A stretch of DNA of 64,000 nt from Candidatus Latescibacterota bacterium (GCA_965116885.1 OZ220741.1:960001-1024000); one strand, 5' to 3'; shown: positions 39,433-49,499, counted from the first letter of the stretch. Notes: a model not told the origin generated them from the letters alone. Program-made: numbers and translations.

Positions 39433-40635
39433 ATGGGTAGATTGTGTACCGCCATTCTCTTTCTTTTGCACCTTGCAACACCTGCCTCAGCAACACAGGT
39501 ACAAATGGGTGTAGATGTATTTTTGGAACACCACACCCATCTGGTAGCAGACGCACGGATCGGCCTGATCACCAACCCCACCGGACGCACAAAAACAGGC
39601 ACCACAACAATCGCCGCCCTGCAGCAACACCCGGATATAAACCTCGTCGCCCTATTTGCACTTGAACACGGAATCAAAGCAAAAGCAAAAGCTGGCGAAC
39701 ATGTGCGCGACACGCAAATGGACAGCCTCCCCGTATATTCCCTCTACGGAAGCGGTCGCTCCCTGAAATCCGCACTGGACAACATCGATGTCATAATCTA
39801 CGACATACAGGACGTGGGCAGCAGAGCCTATACCTACATCTGGAGCCTTGCCAAAATCATAAAAGCCGCGGGCGAACACGACAAGCGCGTCATCGTCCTC
39901 GACCGCCCCAATCCCCTCGGCGGACTAATAGTAGATGGCCCCATATCCGAAGAAAAAAGGCTATCCCTGGTCGCGGGCCTATATCCAGTACCCCGCGCGT
40001 ATGGACTCACAGCAGGCGAACTCGCGCGGTATCTCAACCGGGAACACATGCTCGCCTGCTCCCTCACAGTCGTCCCCATGGAAGGCTACCAGCGCAACAC
40101 GCGCTGGATAGACATCGGACGCAACTGGATCCCCCCATCGCCCAATATTCCATCGCCTCAGGCTGCCATAACCTTTGCCGCAACCGGAACCATAGGCGCA
40201 TTGGGAACCCTGCACATCGGCATAGACACCGACATGCCCTTTCAAATCGTTGGCGCGCCGTGGATCAACGCAAAAAAAACAGCCCGCGACCTGAACGCCA
40301 TGCAACTGCCCGGCGTAGAATTTCAACCCCTGATATTTGAACCCGACACATGGCTCTTTCGCAACAAAAAAGTACAGGCTATATTCCTGCACATAACAGA
40401 CCCCATCGCCTTTCGCCCAACGCGCACAGAAGTAGCCATACTCGCCCATCTCGTGGCAACATATCCCGAATTCAAAATCCCAAAAGACCGGTATGAGCGC
40501 TTTGACAGCGCCATGGGAACCAGCACCGTGCGCGAAGCCCTCTTAAAAGGCGACAGCGCGCGGGAAATATGGGAAAAATGGGAATCGGGCCTGGAGAAAT
40601 TCGCTACTGTGAGGGAAAAATACTTTTTGTATTAA
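39433..40635 (+). CDS. namZ: Exo-beta-N-acetylmuramidase NamZ family (DUF1343)
   Basis: GLITNPTG, LFALEHG, YSLYG, YDIQDVGSRAYTY, LDRPNPLGG, PPSPNIP. Confidence 0.85.
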   Translation: MGRLCTAILFLLHLATPASATQVQMGVDVFLEHHTHLVADARIGLITNPTGRTKTGTTTIAALQQHPDINLVALFALEHGIKAKAKAGEHVRDTQMDSLPVYSLYGSGRSLKSALDNIDVIIYDIQDVGSRAYTYIWSLAKIIKAAGEHDKRVIVLDRPNPLGGLIVDGPISEEKRLSLVAGLYPVPRAYGLTAGELARYLNREHMLACSLTVVPMEGYQRNTRWIDIGRNWIPPSPNIPSPQAAITFAATGTIGALGTLHIGIDTDMPFQIVGAPWINAKKTARDLNAMQLPGVEFQPLIFEPDTWLFRNKKVQAIFLHITDPIAFRPTRTEVAILAHLVATYPEFKIPKDRYERFDSAMGTSTVREALLKGDSAREIWEKWESGLEKFATVREKYFLY

Positions 40636-40720
40636 CCTACCCCCCTAACCCCCCTTCCTAAGAGGAAGGGGGGAACCAGGTCTCCCCTCCCCGTGTCGGG
40701 GAGGGGCCGGGGGAGGGGTC
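40635..40720 (+). repeat. C/G-run double-hairpin repeat, copy 2 of 3
   Basis: Aligns to 30982-31065; starts at the namZ stop codon. Confidence 0.85.
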
Positions 40721-40740
40721 AAAATAAAAAGGAGCACCCC

Positions 40741-41364
40741 ATGCCCGGCGTCATCTTCTGGGATGTCGATACCCAATACGACTTCATCATGCCCGACGGC
40801 AAACTCTATGTCACCGCATCGGAAAAGCGCTTGCCAAACCTCAAAAAACTCACAGACTATGCCAGACAGCGGGGCATCCCCATCTACGGCTCGGTTGACA
40901 ACCACCAGATAGCAGACCCCGAAATCTCCGACAACCCGGACTATCGGGAAACCTTTCCCCCCCACTGCATAGCTGGAACCTCTGGACAAAAAAAAGTACC
41001 CGAAACCCAGCCGCAAAACCCCCTCTGGATCGACCCGGACGCCCCGGGCGACCTCATCGGCCAGGTACAAAAACACCGCGGTGAAATCATCTTTCGCAAA
41101 CAGCGCTTTGACGTCTTCACCAACCCCAACGTCGAACCCGTACTCAACGCCGTTAAACCCGACCGCATCGTCCTCTACGGCGTAGCCCTCGACGTCTGCA
41201 ACGCCTACGCCATTAACGGCTTCTTAAAACGCAACACAGCACCCATCTATCTCGTCCTGGACGCAACACAAGCCATCGACCCCGAACGCGGCGACCGCAT
41301 GGTAGCCGAATGGCGACAACAGGGCGTTGAAATCGTATCCACCGAACAAATTATCAACGCATAA
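40741..41364 (+). CDS. Cysteine hydrolase, nicotinamidase/isochorismatase family
   Basis: DVDTQYDF, DNH, FPPHC..GT.G, K, GVALDVC. Confidence 0.88.
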   Translation: MPGVIFWDVDTQYDFIMPDGKLYVTASEKRLPNLKKLTDYARQRGIPIYGSVDNHQIADPEISDNPDYRETFPPHCIAGTSGQKKVPETQPQNPLWIDPDAPGDLIGQVQKHRGEIIFRKQRFDVFTNPNVEPVLNAVKPDRIVLYGVALDVCNAYAINGFLKRNTAPIYLVLDATQAIDPERGDRMVAEWRQQGVEIVSTEQIINA

Positions 41365-41370
41365 AAAAAC

Positions 41371-41433
41371 GGGCGACCACAGGAGGTCGCCCCTACAAAC
41401 ATCAACGTAGGGGACGGCCCCTGTGCCGTCCCG
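41371..41433. repeat. Inverted pair of GTAG REPs
   Basis: GGGCGACCACAGGAGGTCGCCCCTAC..GTAGGGGACGGCCCCTGTGCCGTCCC. Confidence 0.8.
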
Positions 41434-41457
41434 AAATCGTCAACGCATAAAACGCCC

Positions 41458-43242
41458 ATGAACGTCTTCCTCCGCCTCGTCACCTATGTTCGCCCTTACC
41501 TGGGCCGCGTGTGCATCGGCATCGGTGCCACCCTCGTCATGATCGGCCTGGATGCCGCGCAACCCCTGCTCATGCGCGAAGTCATCGACAACATCTTAAC
41601 CCCCTACTTCACAGAAGGGAATTATATTGGCGGCGACTTCTCCGACACAAAAATCGCAGCCGACTTCGACCGCCTCCAATACTACGCCCTGCTCCTCCTC
41701 GGCGTCTATATCCTCCACACCATCTTCAGCTTCATCAACCGCTACCTCCTCAACCGAACGGGCCAGGACATCCTCTTCAGCCTCCGCGTCCAGGTCTATG
41801 ACCACCTCCAGCGCCTGGGACTGCGCTTTTACAACGACCGCAGCACAGGCGAACTCATGTCGCGCGTAACCGCCGACGTCGAATCCCTCCAATACACCGT
41901 CACAGACACCCTGGAACGCGTACTCGTCAATATCGCAACCATCATCATCTACGGCAGCATCCTCTTTGGCCTCAGCTTTGAACTCGCCCTCATTACCCTG
42001 TTGCCCATGCCCATCTACAGCATCCTCATCATCTTTTACAACCGCACCATACGCCCCTATTACACCATGGCGCGCGAACGCATAGCCGACATCAGCGCCC
42101 TCTTGCAAGACAACCTCTCCGGCATCCGCGTCATCAAATGCTTTGCCCGCGAAGGCCACGAACTCTCTCGCTTCACCCAAAAATGCAAAGCCTTCCTCAC
42201 CATCAGCATCACCATCATCAAAACCCGCGTCGCCTTCTTCCCCCTCGCCCGATTCATCATCTCCATGGGGCCCCTCCTCGTCCTCCTCTTTGGCGGGCGA
42301 CAAATCATCTCGGGCGACCTCACCATCGGCACCCTCTTTGCCTTTCAAAGCTTTCTCTGGCGCTTCTACGGCCCCGTAGAAAGCCTCACCCGCATCAACG
42401 ACACCATCGTGCGCGCAGCCGCCTCAGCGCGTCGCATCTTTGAAATCCTGGACACCCAGCCCGAAATAAAAGACACCCCCAACGCCCGCCCCTTTGACCG
42501 CCTGAACGGCCGCGTTGAATTTCAAAACGTCACCTTTGCCTACGAACACGGACCCCCCGTCCTCTATGGCGTATCCCTCATCGCACAACCCGGGCAACTC
42601 ATCGGCCTCGTTGGACCCAGCGGCGCGGGCAAAACCACCATCATCAACCTCATCTGCCGCTTTTACGACCCCGACGCCGGCACCGTGTGCGTTGACGGAC
42701 ATGACCTCAAAAACATGCAACGCGCATCCCTGCGCAGCCAAATCGGCATGGTCTTACAAGAACCCTTCCTCTTCAACGGAACCATCCGAGAAAACATCGC
42801 CTACGGCAAACTCAACGCCACCGAAACCGACATCATCAACGCCGCCATGATGGCCAACGCCCACGACTTCGTCTGCGGATTCCCGGACGCTTATGACACC
42901 CACATAGGCGAACGGGGCGTGCGCTTATCCGGCGGCGAAAAACAGCGCATCTCCATCGCCCGCGCCATCCTCAACGACCCGCGCATCCTCATCCTGGACG
43001 AAGCCACATCTTCTGTTGACACCGAAACCGAAATGCTCATCCAAAACGCCCTCGAACGCCTCATGGAAGGCCGCACCACCTTTGCGATCGCCCATCGCCT
43101 ATCCACCGTGCGCCGCGCCGACTGCCTCTACGTCATCGACCGCGGCAAAATCGTCGAATCCGGCACACACACCCAGCTCCTCGCCAGCGACGGCCTCTAC
43201 GCCCGCCTGTGCGACATGCAATTCGCGTTGGAAGAGGTATGA
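41458..43242 (+). CDS. ABC exporter, fused permease/ATPase
   Basis: TM domain; GPSGAGKTT, LSGGEKQR, LILDEATS, IAHRLST. Confidence 0.95.
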   Translation: MNVFLRLVTYVRPYLGRVCIGIGATLVMIGLDAAQPLLMREVIDNILTPYFTEGNYIGGDFSDTKIAADFDRLQYYALLLLGVYILHTIFSFINRYLLNRTGQDILFSLRVQVYDHLQRLGLRFYNDRSTGELMSRVTADVESLQYTVTDTLERVLVNIATIIIYGSILFGLSFELALITLLPMPIYSILIIFYNRTIRPYYTMARERIADISALLQDNLSGIRVIKCFAREGHELSRFTQKCKAFLTISITIIKTRVAFFPLARFIISMGPLLVLLFGGRQIISGDLTIGTLFAFQSFLWRFYGPVESLTRINDTIVRAAASARRIFEILDTQPEIKDTPNARPFDRLNGRVEFQNVTFAYEHGPPVLYGVSLIAQPGQLIGLVGPSGAGKTTIINLICRFYDPDAGTVCVDGHDLKNMQRASLRSQIGMVLQEPFLFNGTIRENIAYGKLNATETDIINAAMMANAHDFVCGFPDAYDTHIGERGVRLSGGEKQRISIARAILNDPRILILDEATSSVDTETEMLIQNALERLMEGRTTFAIAHRLSTVRRADCLYVIDRGKIVESGTHTQLLASDGLYARLCDMQFALEEV

Positions 43243-43243
43243 C

Positions 43244-43786
43244 ATGGACCTCATGATACAACAACTCATCCCCGAAACCATTGACTTATGTCAAAACGGC
43301 GACAGCCTGGTCCTCTTTGCCGACGGAGAAGAGCGGCACATCGATCACATCGTGCGATGTTTTCCCTTTTCCACGCCCGACCAATGGATCAGCCTCCGCG
43401 ACCGGGACGGAACCGAACTCGGCCTCTTGCCCACACTCGACGGACTAAACACACAATCCCGGGCGCTCATTGAAGAACACCTCAAAGACCGCTACGACAT
43501 CCCCAAAATCCAGACCATACGCAACATCGAAAGCAACAAAGAGGGCGGCACAACCTGGGACATCGACACCAATGCGGGACCTATGAGCTTCACAATCCGC
43601 GGCGACCAGAACCTCAACCTCAACGCATTCCCCGAAATCGTATTCACCGACGCCATCACGCGCAAACGCTACAAAATTCCCGACTATACCAAACTCGACC
43701 GCGTCAGTCAAAAAATCGCCCGCGCGTACCTGCCCATGAGCTCTCGCCACTACTCCGGACGGCGCGGGGGAAGGAGCAGGAGGTGA
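43244..43786 (+). CDS. DUF1854-like protein
   Basis: VRCFPFS.PD.WISL.D.DG.E.G, W.I.TN.G...F, RYKIPD...LD..S; starts 1 nt after the ABC stop. Confidence 0.75.
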   Translation: MDLMIQQLIPETIDLCQNGDSLVLFADGEERHIDHIVRCFPFSTPDQWISLRDRDGTELGLLPTLDGLNTQSRALIEEHLKDRYDIPKIQTIRNIESNKEGGTTWDIDTNAGPMSFTIRGDQNLNLNAFPEIVFTDAITRKRYKIPDYTKLDRVSQKIARAYLPMSSRHYSGRRGGRSRR

Positions 43787-43846
43787 ATTAAAAATTAAAA
43801 ATTAAAACCAAAATCAAAAGCGAGGTAAGGATGCTGTCGCGTACCT

Positions 43847-43880
43847 AAAAAAGCCGACCACAATGTGATCGGCTTTAAAA
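43847..43880. terminator. Probable bidirectional terminator
   Basis: AAAAAGCCGA..TCGGCTTT between convergent genes. Confidence 0.7.
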
Positions 43881-43923
43881 ATAAAGGCTCGGGGCAATGC
43901 GCTCCAGATGGGACAGGTCCTCC

Positions 43924-44181
43924 TCAATAATGATAACGAGCCTGTAGAAAATTAATGCGCTCATGGGCGACGTGATAGACAATGCGGTGTTCGCGTGTCA
44001 AACGACGAGACCAGGTATTGCGGTCAAAGTATTTGAGTGGTTCTGGTTTGCCAATCCCTTTGAAAGGATCTCGCAGGATAGCTTCCACAAGTGTCAAGAC
44101 GCGAAGGGCTGTCTTGCGATCAGTTTGAACCCAATAGTGCAGGTCTGCACGAAATTCTGGATGAAAAACTGCATCACGCAT
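43924..44181 (-). CDS. yoeB: Txe/YoeB family toxin
   Basis: PFKGIGKPEPLK, WSRRLTREHRIVY, C-terminal RYHY. Confidence 0.95.
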   Translation of the reverse strand: MRDAVFHPEFRADLHYWVQTDRKTALRVLTLVEAILRDPFKGIGKPEPLKYFDRNTWSRRLTREHRIVYHVAHERINFLQARYHY

Positions 44182-44183
44182 TA

Positions 44184-44462
44184 TTATTCCAGCCCAACCT
44201 CTCGACGCAAGTCATCAACGGATTGAGCGGGTTCTGTTCCGGCTTTGGCTCGGTTTAGAGCAGTTGCCAATCGTTCCGCATTTTTAGGTGAACTGAGAAG
44301 ATGAGCGGTTTCTATAAGGCTGGAAAGCTCGGACGCAGAAATCAGAGCGACATCTTCATGCCCTCGACGAGTGATAATGACGTAATCATTGTCATCCGTC
44401 ACATCTTTGCAAAGACTGGCAAGCCTATCGCGTGCCTGAGTGCAGGTAAATGTCCTGGTCAT
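44184..44462 (-). CDS. yefM: Phd/YefM family antitoxin
   Basis: AR..LA.L...V, IITRRG, SLIETAHLLSSPKNAERL. Confidence 0.92.
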   Translation of the reverse strand: MTRTFTCTQARDRLASLCKDVTDDNDYVIITRRGHEDVALISASELSSLIETAHLLSSPKNAERLATALNRAKAGTEPAQSVDDLRREVGLE

Positions 44463-44494
44463 ATATTTCATAATAATATCCTGCAAAAAAATGA

Positions 44495-44601
44495 CGGGCG
44501 AGGCATGCCTCGCCCCTACACACTATATCCTTTACAGTACGGGCGAAAAATCTTTCGCCCCTCTTTTTCATCTGCGTTCATCTGCGTTCATCTGCGGATC
44601 A
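44495..44601. repeat. REP palindromes plus 9-bp TTCATCTGCG-type tandem units
   Basis: GGGCGAGGCATGCCTCGCCCCTAC, GGGCGAAAAATCTTTCGCCC, 3x TCATCTGCG. Confidence 0.8.
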
Positions 44602-46068
44602 CCCTTCACCCTTCCCACTTCTTCTCAACCCCATCATCTTCGACGCGATCTCGACCTCCTCGGCAAACGCCTCTGCCTCATCGTCATACGTATCAAACGG
44701 ATCGCGGAAACTCAAATGGAATTCATTCTCCAAATACACCGAATCCCAATCCACAATATACCGCACCCGATTTTGCGACAGCGTCTTCACCATCGCCGCC
44801 CGCGCCTTTGCCCGCGTATCAGCCGGAGGCGTCCCACAAGCCTCTTCAACGCGCTCATCCGTCAGCACCCGCTGCATCTTACCCTGCTGCACCAGATCAA
44901 AATACAACCCGCGATTGGGATCGATATTGTGATACTCCAAATCCAAACTCTGCAACCACGGATCGTTCCAGCTCAAATTCTCCGACTCGCGAAACGCATC
45001 CAACAACCACTTCTTAGCCACCCAATCCAAACGATCTGTCAACTGCATCGGATCGGACGCCAGATCATCAAGCGTGCGCTCCCACTCATCCAGCACCCAA
45101 TCTGACTCCTCATCCAAACCCCTCAAATGGCGTTGCGCCAAATCCAAATACGTGCGCTGTATATCAATAGCCGAAATAGACCGCCCATTCTGCCGGTCCA
45201 AAATCCACTTATGTGTCGGATCCCGCGAAATCTCCTTCAATGCCCACACCGGATCTCCCAGTTCCACATCCTGGGGAAAAATTTTGCGCTCTAAGAGATT
45301 CAGCACCATCGCAGTCGTACCAACCTTCAGAGCCGTCGCATACTCCGACATATTCGAATCGCCCACCAAAAGGTGCAAACGGCGGTACTTGCTGTGATCG
45401 GCCAGCGGTTCATCTCGCGTGTTGATAATCGCGCGAGAAAACTGAATCCACTGATAAATCTCTGTAACAATATGATCGGCACGCTGAGAAATCTGGAAAG
45501 AAATCGCATCCTCTGTATCGGCGGCTTCTCGCACATTTTGCCCATAATAATAAAAACTATCATCATAACTACCCACGCGACCTGCACCGCAAAAAATTTG
45601 GCGCGTCACCAAAAACGGCAACAACGCGGGAATAACAACCGTTGAAAACGGCACATTGCGCCTGACCAGATAATTTTCATGACAGCCAAACGTCGCACCC
45701 GTATAATGATCGATATTATTCTTCAAAAACGAAGCTTCTTTGGCCAACCCCAGCGCGTGCAATGCCCGATACAAAATACAATCGCCCGCCCGATCAAAAG
45801 CCACAATATCCCACAACCCCATACACTCCGGCGTGGCGTATTCCAGATGCCCCATATCGATATAAACCCGCCCCGCATTAAACAAAAAACCCCCATTGCC
45901 CGGGGGTTCATCCCGTCCGCGATAGTGAATATCTACAACCCCTATTCGGTCAACGTGAAAAATGTGATCCTTTACCTTCACCGAAATCGTATCTGGACTC
46001 ACAAAACCCTCGTGCTCGGGTGCCAAACACCCATACTCGGTTTCTATGCCAAAAATGCGATCTCTCAT
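44599..46068 (-). CDS. pafA: Pup/UBact-protein ligase (PafA family)
   Basis: RIFGIETEYG, GRVYIDMGHLEYATPEC (PafA-type), FGCHENY, SQRADH, IINTRDEP, RRLHL.VGDSN, DLEYH, PP.DTRA, VDW. Confidence 0.88.
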   Translation of the reverse strand: MRDRIFGIETEYGCLAPEHEGFVSPDTISVKVKDHIFHVDRIGVVDIHYRGRDEPPGNGGFLFNAGRVYIDMGHLEYATPECMGLWDIVAFDRAGDCILYRALHALGLAKEASFLKNNIDHYTGATFGCHENYLVRRNVPFSTVVIPALLPFLVTRQIFCGAGRVGSYDDSFYYYGQNVREAADTEDAISFQISQRADHIVTEIYQWIQFSRAIINTRDEPLADHSKYRRLHLLVGDSNMSEYATALKVGTTAMVLNLLERKIFPQDVELGDPVWALKEISRDPTHKWILDRQNGRSISAIDIQRTYLDLAQRHLRGLDEESDWVLDEWERTLDDLASDPMQLTDRLDWVAKKWLLDAFRESENLSWNDPWLQSLDLEYHNIDPNRGLYFDLVQQGKMQRVLTDERVEEACGTPPADTRAKARAAMVKTLSQNRVRYIVDWDSVYLENEFHLSFRDPFDTYDDEAEAFAEEVEIASKMMGLRRSGKGEG

Positions 46069-46077
46069 GGGAACCTC

Positions 46078-46872
46078 TCAGTCTGCCTTGAACTGCGCCA
46101 GCGCGGGCGCAATTTCTTCTGCATCGACATTGCGGTACTTATTCTTCCCCAACTGCGACCGCCCCAGCACCACCGCCTCCACCTCCAGATCCACCAACTC
46201 CGTCTCAAGCACATCAGCCACATCGACCGCCCCGGCCACCTGCTCCAACGCGTCAGCATCTGTAGGCACCTCTTCCATCTTCCCAATCCATCGCCCTATT
46301 GCCCAGGCGCGAAGCGCAGCACCTGCGGCATCTGACAAAGACAACGCCCGCGTATCCAACCCCGACAACTCGCGCACCATCATCACATCCGCCTCCACAA
46401 CACCCCCCACAGCAACACATCCCTCGTGCCGATAAAACGCACCATCGTAATCCACCGTATAAAAAATCTGCGCCCCCTCCTGCCCATCCAACTCCGCCAG
46501 AAGCACCCGCGCCAAAAACGGAGACCTCACCACATCGTCAAACCCCGCCTTCATCGCAGGACCCAGACCAAAATACACAATCTGGCGCAACGTCACATCG
46601 TCCTCAGAATAATTAAACCCAATCGAATGCGCCATATCAATCGCAGCCTGCCTGAGCTTCTCGATATCCGTCGAATGCCCAATCGCCGCGAGCCCGATGC
46701 AATCGTACACCTCAAACACCTTTTGCTGACTCTGCGACAGCGTCAGCAACAAAATCCCATCCTCGTACCCCACACCCACAACCGGACTCCCCGTCCGAAT
46801 CTGATCTTCAATATACTCGCGCCGATTCGCAACAGCCTCTGCCCAGCGATACGGCTCATCTGACAACATCAT
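46078..46872 (-). CDS. prcA: 20S proteasome alpha subunit
   Basis: GSPVVGV.Y.DGILL, KVFEVYD.IGLAAIG...D.E.LR, YS..DVT; coupled to prcB. Confidence 0.88.
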   Translation of the reverse strand: MMLSDEPYRWAEAVANRREYIEDQIRTGSPVVGVGYEDGILLLTLSQSQQKVFEVYDCIGLAAIGHSTDIEKLRQAAIDMAHSIGFNYSEDDVTLRQIVYFGLGPAMKAGFDDVVRSPFLARVLLAELDGQEGAQIFYTVDYDGAFYRHEGCVAVGGVVEADVMMVRELSGLDTRALSLSDAAGAALRAWAIGRWIGKMEEVPTDADALEQVAGAVDVADVLETELVDLEVEAVVLGRSQLGKNKYRNVDAEEIAPALAQFKAD

Positions 46873-47672
46873 GCGCGTCCCGCCTCCTCCCCATCCACAT
46901 ATTGAACGTAAAGCTCCCGCAACGCCTCGGTCTCGATCTCCGCCAGACCCGACGCCGTAATCGTCTTCACCGACGGAAAAATATCAGCCGACCGCTCGTA
47001 TCGACCCGTTGCCGAATCGTATTCTGACGCCGTATCCAGAAGCTGAAGCGCGTGCCCGATTGCCGCATCGCGATCCATCTCCACAAACCGCCGACCGCCC
47101 CAGCGATTCAAATAATACATCGCCCCGCGAATCGCCGGCGACCCCGACCCCGTCGTCGTAAAATCGGCACTCTCGAACTGCGCCCCCAGCGCATCGTAAA
47201 AATAAATTTTACCCCGCGCATCCACCTGGTCATACGTCGCAAAAATGGGAATCACAGCACCAATACCCTGCATCGCCATCGGCAAATTATCCTTAATCAA
47301 CAGCGACAACCGGCGCAACTTCGCCTGCAAACTCATCTCCTGAAGCAAACGACGGCGATAATACTGAAACGCATGCTCCAAAATCCGCGCGATCTCAAAC
47401 GCAATAGACGGCGATCCCGAAATCGCCATCACCGAATACGCATCCAGATCGATCACCTTATCCGCGCGGTCGTAAAGCACCATATTGCCCGCCGTAGCGC
47501 GGCGGTCGCCCGCAACGAGCACCCCATCGGCATATTGAAACGCCAGAATCGTCGTCGCATCCGTCGGCACAAAAGGCAAATCGCGCTCGGACTGAACATC
47601 GCCCAAATTCTCACCCGGGAACCGGTAGCCCGTCTGCCGCAGCAAATCGACAAAATCCCCACCCGATTGCAT
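46869..47672 (-). CDS. prcB: 20S proteasome beta subunit with propeptide
   Basis: TTILAF...DGVLVAGDRRAT, DKV (Lys33), TGSGS, DSATG. Confidence 0.92.
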   Translation of the reverse strand: MQSGGDFVDLLRQTGYRFPGENLGDVQSERDLPFVPTDATTILAFQYADGVLVAGDRRATAGNMVLYDRADKVIDLDAYSVMAISGSPSIAFEIARILEHAFQYYRRRLLQEMSLQAKLRRLSLLIKDNLPMAMQGIGAVIPIFATYDQVDARGKIYFYDALGAQFESADFTTTGSGSPAIRGAMYYLNRWGGRRFVEMDRDAAIGHALQLLDTASEYDSATGRYERSADIFPSVKTITASGLAEIETEALRELYVQYVDGEEAGRA

Positions 47673-47675
47673 AAG

Positions 47676-47867
47676 CTACTCGCCTGTACGCTGGCGATAA
47701 CGCCGCGCCTGATTGGGATCAACGCGCCGCATGCGCCGCAGCAAATCGCGCGTGTCTGGCCGCTCCACCTTCGGGCGTGCGGGACCACCATCGCCATCAT
47801 CACCCGGACCAGGACCTCCCGGATCAACTGGCTTCGTCCGTCGCTCAAACTGCAAGACCTTATCCAT
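47676..47867 (-). CDS. ubact: Ubiquitin-like modifier UBact
   Basis: 63 aa, P/G-rich disordered N-terminus, LLRRMRRVDP, C-terminal YRQRTGE fitting the UBact R[T/S]G[E/Q] end; AAGGAGG RBS; lies between dop and prcB. Confidence 0.9.
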   Translation of the reverse strand: MDKVLQFERRTKPVDPGGPGPGDDGDGGPARPKVERPDTRDLLRRMRRVDPNQARRYRQRTGE

Positions 47868-47892
47868 TTACGGCCTCCTTGAAAAAATGTCT

Positions 47893-47977
47893 GACCCCTC
47901 CCCCGGCCCCTCCCCGAGACGGGGAGGGGAGACAGGATCCCCCCTTCCTCTCAGGAAGGGGGTTAGGGGGTAGGTCC
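47893..47977 (-). repeat. C/G-run double-hairpin repeat, copy 3 of 3
   Basis: Reverse complement aligns to 30982-31065; encodes the last codons and stop of dop. Confidence 0.85.
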
Positions 47978-49498
47978 TAATTCCTCCAACGCCTCTAAAA
48001 AACTCTCCAGCGTCTCCGAATTATCGAGCACCTCATTATAACGCGCCACCCGCCCTGCATCCACCAATAATTTCATATCCACTGCATGCTGGCGGCCATT
48101 GCGCTTAAACACAATGCGATCCCAGTTAATCGACGACACATAATCGCCGAACTTCTCCAAACTGCGCCCTCGAAAATACGCCCGCGTACCCGAAGGTGGT
48201 TCCGACATCGCCGTAGCCACCTCATCATCGCCCACCAGACGCACCATCTGCCCCTGCGACTCCATCAAATAATACAACCCCGCATCCCGATCCACATTGC
48301 TATACTCCAGATCCTGACTCTGCATCCAGAACAAATCATCGGGATTATCCCACGCCAGATTCTCCACCTCGCAAAAACTATCGATCAACCACTTCTTTGT
48401 CACCCAATCGCACACACCCACCAGATCCATCGGATCGCGGCTCAACTTCTCCAACACATCGCCCCACGCCGACAACACCCAATCCGTCTCCTGATCCCGC
48501 CCGGCAAACTCGCGCCGTGCCAAATTCAAAAACGCATCCTGAATCTCAACCGCGGGAACGAGGCGATGGCCGGGACCCTCCACCTCAACCAACCACGCAT
48601 GCGACTGATCCCGCGCGATATTCTTCATCGCCGCAATCGAATCCTTCAGCCGATAATCCGGCAAACAATCCGCCTCAATCAAATCGATCACCAGCGCCGT
48701 AGTCCCCACCTTAAGCGCCGTAATATACTCCGACATATTGGCATCGCCCACAATCACATGCAACCGGCGATAGCGCGCTGCATCTGCGTGGGGTTCATCG
48801 CGCGTATTCACAACCGGACGCTTGTGCATCGTATCCACACTCGCGATCACCTCAAAAAACTCTGCGCGCTGCGACAACTGATAAATCGGTGCGCGATCCT
48901 CCCGCTCAACCCCCACCTTGCCGGCCCCGCAAAAAATTTGCCGCGTGGGGAAAAACAGCAACAACCCCTTCAATATACGCTCGAAAGGCACCGAGCGATC
49001 CATCAAATAATTCTCGTGACACCCATAGCTATGCCCTTCAAAATCCGTATTGTTCTTATACATCCGCACAGTGCCCTGATCGAGCATCTCCGTCCGCCGC
49101 TGCGCGCAAATATCCACAATGCGCTCCCCCGCCTTATCCTGTGCCACAAGCTCGAACAAACTCGTACACTCACCCGTCGAATACTCCGGATGCGTATGAT
49201 CGTTGTAAAACCGGGACCCATTGTAAATAATCAAATCACTCTTCAACTCTTTAAACGGAATTTTCCGCTTGCGATCCTGTTGCAAATGCACCTTTTCATC
49301 GACATCATTCAACAGATTTTTAACCTCAAACCCCCGCTCATCCCGACGGGGATTCTCCAGCCGATAATCCCACAACGGAACAAAAGTCCCTTGCTGATAG
49401 CACCGAATCAACTGCATCGACTCTTCGACCACATCGACCCTATCCACCTCGTCAATCGTGATTCCGTATTCTGTTTCTATACCGAATAAGCGCGTCAT
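47963..49498 (-). CDS. dop: Depupylase/deamidase (Dop family)
   Basis: RLFGIETEYG, NGSRFYNDHTHPEYS (Dop-type), YKNNTD..G.SYGCHENY, RPVVNTRDEPHAD, RRLHVIVGDAN, TRAYFRG. Confidence 0.88.
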   Translation of the reverse strand: MTRLFGIETEYGITIDEVDRVDVVEESMQLIRCYQQGTFVPLWDYRLENPRRDERGFEVKNLLNDVDEKVHLQQDRKRKIPFKELKSDLIIYNGSRFYNDHTHPEYSTGECTSLFELVAQDKAGERIVDICAQRRTEMLDQGTVRMYKNNTDFEGHSYGCHENYLMDRSVPFERILKGLLLFFPTRQIFCGAGKVGVEREDRAPIYQLSQRAEFFEVIASVDTMHKRPVVNTRDEPHADAARYRRLHVIVGDANMSEYITALKVGTTALVIDLIEADCLPDYRLKDSIAAMKNIARDQSHAWLVEVEGPGHRLVPAVEIQDAFLNLARREFAGRDQETDWVLSAWGDVLEKLSRDPMDLVGVCDWVTKKWLIDSFCEVENLAWDNPDDLFWMQSQDLEYSNVDRDAGLYYLMESQGQMVRLVGDDEVATAMSEPPSGTRAYFRGRSLEKFGDYVSSINWDRIVFKRNGRQHAVDMKLLVDAGRVARYNEVLDNSETLESFLEALEELGPTP

Positions 49499-49499
49499 A

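Noticed and set aside
43787..43820. AATTAAA heptamer run
   Set aside because: Three low-complexity copies, no supportable function
43924..44462. Functional link of yefM-yoeB to the proteasome operon
   Set aside because: Separated from pafA by repeats, and similar TA inserts occur throughout the window; adjacency alone is not evidence
47676..47867. Actinobacterial Pup
   Set aside because: Lacks the GG[E/Q] end and Pup core; RTGE terminus fits UBact
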